From Neophaeotheca triangularis (Eukaryota): DNA of 64,000 bases. Below the pieces are notes generated by a model. It saw only the letters and a list, made by a program, of their open reading frames with translations. It was not told the DNA's origin and searched no databases. The position numbers and the translations under genes are program-made. The DNA lies in assembly GCA_054600435.1 (NCBI GenBank), contig BAAIJX010000007.1, positions 496,001-560,000 on the forward strand. Direction: 5' to 3'. Position 1 is the stretch's first letter. Each line of letters starts with the position of its first letter. Shown here one piece after another: positions 45,328-56,140 of this stretch.

Positions 45328-45939
45328 ATGTTTGAGACTACTTGGGCCCATGCTTCCTCGCAGGTCCTTCCTCCAAATACCTCTCGCGAAGCTGCCATTC
45401 GGCTACTGCACGATTTCGATGGCGTTATGCGCCTGAATCCCGATTGTAAATCCACAAGACCGATCGAGCCCAAGAACGGCATGGCTAAGAACGCTGTGGA
45501 CGGACAGCAGTTCTACGAGGTGGAAGACGCTATTTCGTTTTTGCCATCGGCTGTTTGGTCCGGGACATGCAGATACACGGCCGCCTTCTTGCGGCTAAAG
45601 GATGGGTGCGACATCGTCGTGTATGCCCCAGGAGGATTCACATCGGTCAACCACTGGCGATTAGTGCGCGACACCAATCCTGGGGCAACACAAGAGCTGG
45701 AGAAAGTGCCGGTGCGAAACATGTTCGGGGGTGGCGGCACTGGGGAAAGCGAGTGGCGTGTTGAGATTGTGAGCGACTGCCGGTGCAGCAAAGTCTATGC
45801 GAGCTTTGTGAAGGGGTTCATCAAGAACAGTCATGACCAGCTGGAGAAGTCCTATATCGAGAAGTTGCAGCAGCTGGAGGCTGCCGGCAAGTCGAGACCG
45901 GGCGTTCCAAGACGGCGATCTAGCTGGCCGATGCAATAA
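45328..45939 (+). CDS. Conserved fungal hypothetical protein (DUF7053-like)
   Basis: ATG 45328 in ACCATG context. LPPNTSREAAIRLLHDFDGVMRLNP...YEVEDAISFLP...DGCDIVVYAPGGFTSVNHW...FVKGFIKNSHDQL. Confidence 0.7.
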   Translation: MFETTWAHASSQVLPPNTSREAAIRLLHDFDGVMRLNPDCKSTRPIEPKNGMAKNAVDGQQFYEVEDAISFLPSAVWSGTCRYTAAFLRLKDGCDIVVYAPGGFTSVNHWRLVRDTNPGATQELEKVPVRNMFGGGGTGESEWRVEIVSDCRCSKVYASFVKGFIKNSHDQLEKSYIEKLQQLEAAGKSRPGVPRRRSSWPMQ

Positions 45940-47633
45940 GATGTAGCGCGACAGTTTCAAAGATTACGAGGAGTATCTGGTGCATTTGGGAGGCGTTTAT
46001 CGTAATGGACACCCTCGAGAGGCTAATCGCTGCGCTGAGGGGATAGACGAAGAGTGTTTCTGGCCAAATGAGCATGAACCGGCATTTGGGGGTCAAGGCA
46101 ACGAAGCAAAGGAGAGGTTACGATGAGGCAATTTCAGGCTCTGCGGGTAGCGGAATGTTGTAACAGGGGCCGCTGAGCAAGTCTTCGGCGATCTGGAGCC
46201 AGATGTCTGACACCCATGGGCATAGGCTTCCTTGGTTGAGGCTCATGCAATGGATCATCTCGTCGAATGCGTGCCATCAGCTTCATCAGAGATGTGGTGT
46301 ACAGTGGCGGCGGGCTTTGCGCTCTACTACGGCGACTGCATGTGCCGGCATTGCGATCTGCGACTATTTTCAGTCTCGCACGGTATCCACGGACGGTGAT
46401 TGAGGCCACGATAGAGTATGAAACGCCAATAGTAATGTTCTATTCTTCAAGGATTGTTAAGCGTGCACTTGCGACGATCTCTCTTGTTAGTCAGGACCCG
46501 TCGGGACGCATTCAAAGCCCGATTTTGTCGATCCCCAAGGCTTGTTCCCACGACCCCCTCCTTGCGCGAACACGAAAAGCCAAAAGCTACAGATGCGTGC
46601 ATAGCGAGTACCTACCTCAGATACCTTTCATACCCGGCGGAGGCCGCTAACTCCGCAGAATAGGTATGCATTTGCAATCGTCCGTTCGCTGTCTTTAATT
46701 ATGCACGACGCCTCTGGAAACGTTGAGTAAACAGCAAATAATGCCAGAGTTGAGAAGTGCAAACTCTGGTCTGTATGCGTCTCTGGCCGTTTCCTCACAG
46801 TTCCTGGCTCCTGGCTCGCTAACACCCGCGGCCAAGGTACAGAGATATGAAATTCGTTCTGGAAGCAACGCGTGCATCCGGGCGCTCGGGGCTGGTCCAA
46901 TAGTGCATTATTCTTATGGGAAATGCCACGTCCCGAGCGGCCGCTGGTACCTCTTACTATTGATTACAACGCACGTCGCGATCAATCAGAAGGCTTGTCG
47001 TCGCCGATTTCGACTGCTCTGCGCAAACTCTGTTGTGCTCAGCTTCACAACAATCTTACTTCACGGATCACGGCGGATGCGATGCAAAAGCGTTCCGACG
47101 TCACCTCTGCTATGCACGACTCGCGGCCGTGTCTCCGCCCCCAATCCTCCACGCTCTCACCCAAAACCGACCCACGTGTGCATAACAACAGCGACCTGAA
47201 ATCCTAGAAACTAAATGACAAGCCACCAGCGCCAGGCCAAGGAGTTTCCGCGCTGACTGTGTTTCTTTTTCGCGCTCGAAACCGAACTTGGCGGTGTTCC
47301 CGGAAGTGCCAAAGCAGCGATCCGATGCGTTGCATATCATGGAGCTACCCAGGTACAGGAAAGATACACGTCCGTTCGCTTCGTCATCGTAGACTCTGAG
47401 TTTATGAGACCTAGGTGTCCAGACTCTTGGCCAGACGTCCATACATCAATAGGTTAACGCTCGCTTCCAATCTCATATGCTCCTCAAATTCACTTTCCAG
47501 CGCTCTCGTCGTCCTCGTTGTCCTGTAACGTCCAGCAGATCCATCCTTCAATTGTCGAACAAAACATCTCTAGAACCACTTGAGCAGCTTCAACCAATCT
47601 TTTGTGCCAAAGGCACGCCCTCACCGTCGCAAA

Positions 47634-50600
47634 ATGGCCTCCGACGGTAGCGGCATCATCCGCACCGCGTCTGGACGGCAGACCTACGCACCCGATGGTT
47701 ACGCAGTCAACGACTCCAGCCCGCAGGATGACAGCACTTTCACCCGAAACACCTCAAAAACCAGCGACTCCAGCGAGACCATTGCTGCACCCGTGAGCAG
47801 CAGTGATGATTTCATTAATGAGGAAGGCCAAGAGCGAGCCGAATCGCCGCCAAGAGACCTCAAACGAACGAACACCGTTGACCGGACTGCCTACGAGCCC
47901 GTTATCCCGGGCGACAGGGAGGCATTGACGCGATTGGCAACCAATGCCTCCCGCGTGAAGTCGCAGCAGTCGCGTCAGAACAGCTACGCTGGCAACAATG
48001 ATCTGGAAAGGCGAGGAACGCTTGATGGTCTTGAAGACGACGATCCAAAGCTTCAGCCTGGGAGTGCAAGCTTCGATTTGCATGCCTGGCTAAGGTACAC
48101 CATGAAGCAACTGGATTCCGACGACATAAAGACCAAAAGAGCTGGCATCTTATTCAAATCGCTTAACATCTCCGGCTCTGGAAGCGCACTCCAACTCCAA
48201 AAGAACGTCGGTTCGTTCTTCTTAGCTCCTCTTCGTGCGAACGAGTACCTCAACTTTGGATCCAAGCCTCGCAAGCAGATTCTCCGGAACTTCGACGGTC
48301 TGCTGAAGAGCGGCGAGATGCTCGTTGTACTTGGCCGCCCAGGATCTGGATGCAGTACGCTGCTAAAGACGCTGACAGGCGAAATGCATGGTCTTGCGCA
48401 AAGCGAAGATTCACATATCAGCTACAACGGTATCTCGCAGAAGCAGATGCTGAAGGAGTTCAAGGGGGAGGTTGTTTACAACCAGGAGGTGGACAAGCAT
48501 TTCCCCTTCCTTACGGTAAAGCAAACGCTACGGCACGCCTGCGCAATGAGAACTCCAAGCAATCGACCGAACGGAATGTCTCGCAAAGAGTTCATCGATC
48601 ACATTGTACACGTTGTGATGTAAGTGCGCCCCCCGAACACCCACGGACCCTGGCTGGCGGACTAACAATCAAAAAGGAACATCTATGGTCTTCAAGCGAC
48701 GGAAAATACCTTTGTCGGCGACGACTTCGTTCGTGGCGTATCAGGGGGTGAGCTGAGTCTTGTTGATTGTCTGACCAAGTGGTTTTACTGACATTGCTCC
48801 TCTAGGTGAGCGCAAGCGTGTCTCCATAGCCGAGCTCGCGACGGCCGGGAGTCCGCTCGCTGCTTGGGACAACTCCACCCGTGGCCTAGATAGTGCTTCT
48901 GCCCTCTCGTTCACCAAGTCCCTCCGCCAATCTGCAAACATTGGAGGCTCTGCCCACGCTGTCGCTATCTACCAAGCATCGCAATCTATCTACGACCAAT
49001 TCGATAAAGCCATAGTACTTTACGAGGGCCGCGAAATCTTCTTCGGGCCTACAGACCGTGCCCAGGGGTTTTTCGAAGATATGGGATGGTTTTGCCCACA
49101 GCGCCAGACTACGGGCGACTTTTTGACCTCAGTAACGAATCCCTCGGAACGTCAGACTAGGGAGGGCTTCGAAGGAAAAGTACCACGCACGCCCGACGAG
49201 TTTGAACAATACTGGAAGAATAGCCCGGAGTACGAGAATCTGATGCAAGAAATCGCCAACCACGAAGAAGAGTTTCCTGTCGGCAACGCTGGCCAGATCG
49301 ACTCTTTCCAGGCTTCGAAGAAAGACCAGCAGGCAAACCACACAAGAGCCAAGAGCTCATATGTCGTCAGCGTTCCTATGCAGATCAAGCTGAATACGAG
49401 TCGTGCATACCAGCGACTCTGGAACGACAAGGCATCTACTCTTACTACCGTGGTCAGCCAGATCGTCATGGCTTTGATTGTCGGCAGCATTTACTACGGC
49501 AGCCCTTCTTCGACTGCATCGTTCTTCAGCTTGGGCGCTGTTTTGTTTTTCGCCGTCCTTTTCAACGCTCTCATCGCTATTTCCGAGGTGAGATGATCAA
49601 TGCTGGGCATCAATGAGCTTATACTGACTAGCAGCAGATCAACGCACTCTATGCCCAGCGCCCCATCGTCGAGAAGCACAAGTCGTACGCTTTCTACCAT
49701 CCTGCTACGGAAGCCATCGCAGGCGTAGTGGCTGATGTAAGCACCTCGTATCCATATCCTAAATCGTAGCGTCTGCTAACAACTCTTTTTAGATACCCGT
49801 AAAGGTTTGTTCCATACTTCCACACGATGCGTCCCTGATTTCCCTCAACACCGCTGACTGGACCAGTTCTTGATCGCCGTTTGTTTCAATCTGATCCTCT
49901 ATTGGCTCGCTGGGTTGCGTGCTGCACCTGGTCAATTCTTCCTCTACTTTCTGGTGGTATTTATCTCGATGTTGTAAGTACCGAATTCAGCCAATTCAGG
50001 GGTTTCAAACACACTGACCACGAATAGCATCATGTCCGCCGTGTTCCGTACCATGGCAGCCGTGACCAAGACAATCTCACAGGCAATGGCGCTTGCTGGA
50101 GTGTTGGTGTTAGCTCTTGTCGTCTACACTGGGTTTGTTGTGCCCATTTCCTACATGCGGCCTTGGTTCGGCTGGATCCGCTGGCTCAAGTGAGTACCCC
50201 CTGAGTTTAGTCGTATTCTTGACACGCAACGCAAGAGACACTAACATCAAGATTAGCCCGCTCTTCTACGGCTTTGAGATATTAATCAGCAACGAATTCC
50301 ATGGCAGACGGTGAGCAAATAATCCACTGACCACGCCTTTGTGATACTGCTTACGAATAATTTCCGATTGCAGGTACGAGTGCGCAAATTTCGTTCCAGC
50401 CTACCCCGACCTCACTGGAACACAATTTGTGTGCTCCGTTGCTGGTGCTGTGGCCGGCGAACGTACTGTCAGCGGGGATGCCTTTATCTTAAACCAGTAC
50501 AACTACGCCTACTCCAACGTCTGGTCTCGCGACTTCCCCATCCTCGTGGGCTTCCTCATCGCTTTCATGGGATTCTACTTCATGGCCGTCGAGTTCAACT

Positions 50601-52984
50601 CCTCAACGACATCCAGCGCTGAGGTACTGGTATTCCGTAGGGGTCACGTTCCAGCCTACCTCCAGGATCTTGACAAGAAGCAAGCCAACGATGAAGAAGT
50701 GGGAGGCTCGAACGAGGGAGCCAATGCCGAGAAGGAAGGAGAAGGCGAACAAGACGTCAATGCTATTCCCCCGCAGACTGACATTTTCACCTGGCGCAAC
50801 GTTACCTACGAGATCCCGGTCAAGGATGGTAACCGAACTCTACTCGACAACATATCTGGATGGGTCAAGCCCGGTACACTGACCGCTCTCATGGGTACTT
50901 CGGGTGCGGGTAAAACAACTCTCCTAGACGCCCTAGCCCAACGGACTAGCATGGGCGTGCTTACAGGGGATATGTTTGTGAATGGCAAGCCACTCGATTC
51001 ATCTTTCCAGAGGAAGACCGGCTATGTTCAGCAGCAGGATTTGCACCTCGAGACAGCCACGGTCCGTGAGTCGCTGAGGTTCTCCGCCGTACTGCGGCAG
51101 CCCCCTACTGCCAGCAAGCAAGAAAAATACGACTACGTCGAAGAGGTTATCAAGATGTTGGGCATGGAAGACTTCGCCGAGGCCATCGTAGGTGTGCCTG
51201 GAGAAGGTCTCAATGTCGAGCAGAGGAAGCTTCTTACTATCGGTGTCGAGCTTGCAGCGAAGCCCAAATTACTCTTGTTTCTGGACGAACCTACCTCCGG
51301 CCTTGATTCCCAATCATCCTGGGCTATTTGTGCCTTCTTGCGCAAACTGGCCGATCATGGTCAGGCAGTGCTGTGCACGATCCATCAGCCTTCTGCTAGT
51401 AAGTTAATCGAAACTACCTTCACTGGAAAATCTCTAATCCGTTTCATAGTTCTCTTCCAGACATTCGACAGGCTACTTTTCCTGCGCGCTGGCGGTCAGA
51501 CCGTTTACTTCGGCGACATTGGCGAAAATTCACGAACACTTCTGGACTATTTTGAGAGCAATGGCGCTCGTCACTGCGACGACAAAGAGAACCCTGCCGA
51601 GTACATGCTGGAAGTCGCTGCGGACAAGGAGCACGACTGGTTTGAAACTTGGCAAAACAGCAAAGAAGCCACCAACGTCCAGACGGAGCTCGACAACATT
51701 CACAGAGAAAAGGAGAACGTCGAGAACACCGATGAAGACCCGACCGCACACCAGGAATTTGCGATGCCTTTCACCACTCAGCTCAGGGAAGTAACTGTAA
51801 GAGTGTTCCAGCAATACTGGAGGCTTCCCAGCTATATTCTAGCCAAATTTGGCCTGAGCTTAGCCAGTGGTCTGTTCATCGGTTTCTCGTTCTATGATGC
51901 AGACAATTCGACGCAAGGAATGCAGGGTGTTCTTTTCAGCATCTTCATGGTCTCTACCATTTTTTCGGTACGTCTGGCTCTTCCGATGGAGGGATCGTTT
52001 GCTAACATGTCGTCCAAAGTCTCTCGTGCAACAAATCATGCCGCTCTTTGTCACCCAGCGATCTCTTTACGAATCTCGCGAGCGCCCGAGTAAAGCGTAT
52101 TCGTGGCAGTCGTTCCTGATCGCAAACGTCGTGGTTGAATTACCTTATCAGCTCATCGCCGGAGTCATCGTCTTTGGTTCCTTCTACTATCCAGTAGTGG
52201 GCATTCAATCACCGGAACGACAAGGGCTTGTTCTTCTTTACTCGACGATCTTCTTCGTGTACGCTTCAACGTTTGCTCAGCTCCTCATTGCCGGCCTTCC
52301 CGACGCGCAGACCGCTGGTGGAATTGCAACGGTAAGTTACGCCCGTGATCGAGACACGATCGCTCCCAGTACTAATATCTGCCATGACAGACTTTCTTCA
52401 GTTTGCTACTTCTATTCAATGGTGTCATGCAGCCTCCGGACGATCTACCTGGCTTTTGGATCTTTATGTACCGAGTTTCTTCGTTCACATACTGGGTCGG
52501 CGGTATTGCAGCAGCCATGCTCCACGATCGTCCCGTCGTCTGCTCCGAGACCGAAATCAATATCTTTGATCCTCCCCCTTCCCAAACCTGCGGCGAATAC
52601 ATGGCGGCCTACCTTACGCAAGCCCCTGGAACGCTGCAGAACCCGGAGGCTACGGCTGATTGTCGTTACTGCGCGCTCAGCAACGGCGATCAATTCCTCG
52701 AGCAGTCCAGAATCTCTTGGGGGGATCGTTACTTCAACTATGGCATTCTCTATGCATATTTGATTTTCAACATCGCCGGAGCCGTGGCGCTCTACTGGTT
52801 CCTTCGTGTCCGGCCCACGAAGCAAAAGAAATCATCGGGGGCCGGTGGAAAGAAGATCATGGATGTGGTCAAGGGTCTCTTCAGCAACAAACCTCCCGCC
52901 AAGGCGCAGAAGGAGGGAGAACAGAAGACTGCAGACGGTAATCCTGGGCAGCAAGAGGAGAAGGAAAATCCCAGGGCTTTCTGA
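47634..52984 (+). CDS. Full-size PDR/ABCG multidrug transporter (NBD-TMD)x2
   Basis: NBD1 [34 protein letters not shown]2 [36 protein letters not shown]. Eleven introns: 48620-48676, 48748-48805, 49588-49637, 49737-49792, 49805-49866, 49974-50027, 50190-50256, 50311-50373, 51399-51449, 51968-52019, 52332-52390. Confidence 0.97.
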
Positions 52985-53206
52985 GGTATTTTTGATGTCT
53001 AGATTGAACACGGCAGCGACGGGCGTTGGTTGGGTACTGATGTTACATGATATAATAGACTAATCTAATTGGTTGAGGATCGCCTTGCGACTTTGCGAAC
53101 TTCCCGGTGTTTCCGATGTGTATCTTGTAGTCAGTGTAGCAAAAGCAGGATGACCTCTATTTAAATCGTGCCACCCACCCGGTAGACATCAACGTCGAAT
53201 ACCTCT

Positions 53207-53914
53207 TTGCACCAGCAAAACCCGAGAGAAGTCTCCACAGGAGGCCCAAGATGTCGCGTTGGGATGACAAGGTATCCAGGTTGCATTGGTTCGAAGTACC
53301 AGAAAAGATTGAGCCAACAACTCGAGACTCGACATCACCCAAGCTCGAGTCGCCACCTCATCAAGCCAATCGACCCTCACACCGCGACGCCACCATGGCA
53401 GCCAAATGCAAGCGCGCGGTACCCAAGCTTTAGCCAAAGCCCCAGGACTCGGAAAAAGAGATCGATGTCGTCTCGAGCGAGAACGATGCCGAGAAGACGA
53501 TCAGCAGCGTGCCGTAGAAAGTTTCTCCTCCCTGTCAGCTTTTCCTTTTGTCAATCTGGTAACACGGACGTGGTTGACTTTGATCGCTACGAGAGGTCGG
53601 CCGGGCAGGATGCGAAAGAGGCCACCAAGGCTTACCGCAACCTAAACAACATCCTCCCGCGGAACACGAAGCCTTTCGGTGCTGGACTTTCCGACGACGA
53701 CGACATCAATCCCGACAACGATGAAGGGAAGCTGAAGAAAAAGGCTCACCTGCTATCGGTGAAATTGGAGGCAACATCTTCAGTGGTCAATGGCAAGTCC
53801 GTGCTGTCATGGAGAACATCTCCAGGGGTGGATGCGATCTGGTGCTTCTCTTTAATTCATTCAAGTTTGCCGAAGCCGAGATCGAGCAGGTATAGATTGG
53901 GTGGCAGTTGGTAG
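53207..53914 (+). other. Orphan or degenerate coding-like region
   Basis: 235-codon open frame whose second half looks protein-like (DVVDFDRYERSAGQDAKEATKAYRNLNN...DDDDINPDNDEGKLKKK). A TATTTAAA lies at about 53158. A second frame from ATG 53251 is broken by TAGs. Confidence 0.3.
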
Positions 53915-54397
53915 AGGCCTCTCTTGCATTGACAGATTTCAAGCGAGTGCCAAATTCCGAATTGATTCAGTGAAGTTGCAGGACTCTTGAGCCGAAGAGC
54001 GACTGGGCGCGGTGTCAGCTTGGCATTGATGATGGTCTACGCTCGAAGCGAAGAGGTGTTAGACAGTACTCGACTTACAGCAGGGAGTGGTAGGGAACCG
54101 AAGGACTTATTTAGAACGATTGTGTCATTGAGTGAAGATAATTATGATGTTCATGAGAGAAGCTTGAGGCAATATTCAACTCGCAACAGCAAACCCTACA
54201 TGTGAAAGGGCTGTCATACCGCTGACGGCAATCTCTAGCGAAATCGGGCCGTCACCGCTGCTCAGCCTTCGAGGAACCTCTCTCCTCCACCGCCCCCACC
54301 AAAGAAACAAGTGAAGGCTATTGCCTTCTCTTCGTCGCCAGGGACGGCACCCAAGCAGCCTTCGCAACCTCAAGCACCATAGGAAACACTCTGCATC

Positions 54398-55331
54398 TCA
54401 AACCTTCAGCTGCTCCCCAATGCCATCCTGCACACCTGAAAACCACGTTGTAATCTTACTCCAAGCAGACCCAGACCTCCTTCCCTTTGCCACGAAGACT
54501 TTCCTCCTCCGCTCCTCATCCTTAATCCACATGACTGCAGGCTCATCAAGAACATCGAAACCGAAATCCTCCAATCCGCTCTGCTCAAACATCTCCCGCA
54601 TCTGCTCGCTGTTAAATCCGTTGTGCTTAATCGTATGTTGCATAGCCCCCATATCGCCATGCTTCTGCCCGTCGTGGTCAAAAGGCAGGAAATCGACAAT
54701 CACCAAGACGCCCTTCCCAGGCTTGAGCCTCTCCGCAAGCCGCTTGGTAGCTCTCACCGGGTCCTCGAAATGATGGAACCCAAGCCCAATGACGGCGACG
54801 TCGAAACCGGTCCATTCCGGTCCAGAAAGGGGTTCAGGCACTTCTTCACCCAGCAGGTCCCCAACAACGGCATGAGCTTGCTCTTCCGAGAGCCCGGAAG
54901 TGCGAGCAGTGCTGTTGTAGTTTTCGACCATGTTCTCGCTCACGTCGATGCCGCGGATGGTGCTGACGTAGGGCCCGAGCGCTTGAGTGATGGCTCCAGT
55001 ACCGCAGGCGTAGTCTAAGAGGCGAACATCGGTGCCTTGGGGGGCGACATTCGTCCATTGTGCTCCGAGCCAGGTTTTGCGCTCTTTAAGGGCGTCGGAG
55101 ATTTGTTGCGAGAGCTTGTGTTGCCATGGTTTCGAATTGTATTCGGCTGACAGGTCGCTGAAGAGTGTTAGTAGTGGATAGCCGCCTTGAGTTCTCGAGA
55201 TCATCTTACTTGAATGCCTTGCGATTGGCTTCTGTGAAGGCGCTCATGTTTGATGGAATGTTGCGTGGTGATCGGTAGAGCACAAGTGAAGCTAGAACCG
55301 TGACGAGCAGCAAAACAGCGTTCCGCCACAT
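54398..55331 (-). CDS. Class I SAM-dependent methyltransferase
   Basis: LLDYACGTG motif I, GIDVSENMV, FDVAVIGLGFHH, RLKPGKGVLVIVD. Intron 55209-55158 joins MSAFTEANRKAFN to DLSAEY. In-frame ATGs at 55331 and 55247. Confidence 0.88.
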
Positions 55332-56140
55332 GCGCTGAGGAGACTTTGTATTGTAGTGCCGTTCGATGCTGGACTCGCGGAATGTTTTGATGTGAGTTCG
55401 TTTGAAGGATGAAGGAGATCTTGTTGGCTTTATATGTCTCATGGACAGGTCCGAGATGTCGTCGACGGAGACATGTAGTCCACTAGCGTAAAGCTTGATT
55501 TGTGAGATAAAGTCGCCGAGGAGTTGGAGCAATGCGAGACATTTCCTTCCGGGAGTGCACTTGATCCTATTAATGCGTTTTGGACCACGAAGTCTGATGG
55601 CAAGTTTCCGCAAGATGAAAATAAACGCCTGTCTTACCGGTCAGTTTCTAGAGCTGAGGAAAGAAGTCTCCGAGGACGACGAGTCGGTTTTAGTACGCGA
55701 GGAAGGCTACCCTTGAATACATAAAAGCATAATTGTAAGGAAATGCATTCAGCAATCTGTTTAGAGCGACTAGCTGCAGTGATTTGCAGTCTAAACCACA
55801 GTATGATGTTTCGCCATCATAGAATTCAAGATCCCTAATTTGCAGCAACTCCTTTGGAGGCACCGCAAATTGGTATCGTCGAACGCAAGCAGCCCTTGAT
55901 CGCTCCCAAAGAAAACCCGTCTTCGTAAAGCCCGCATGACATTCCTATCCCGATTAAAGCGTCTTGCGATCGCTCTGCGGTTGAAAAGACACCATTGCCA
56001 CCGGCCATTGTATTTAATGTCGAACCAAAGAAATCGCACCCATTCTGTCATCGCCCTTGCCACAAGAACTCGATCTTAACCTCTCGTCCTTGATCTTGTG
56101 CAAAATCGGTCAACCAAGAAGCCTTGCCTCTCGATAAAGC

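Noticed and set aside
46000..47630. PDRE or AtrR drug-response elements upstream of the ABC transporter
   Set aside because: CGG triplets are present, but I found no exact TCCGCGGA or correctly spaced CGG-N12-CCG.
45328..55331. Secondary-metabolite cluster around the ABC transporter and methyltransferase
   Set aside because: No PKS, NRPS, terpene synthase, P450 or pathway transcription factor is present in the window.
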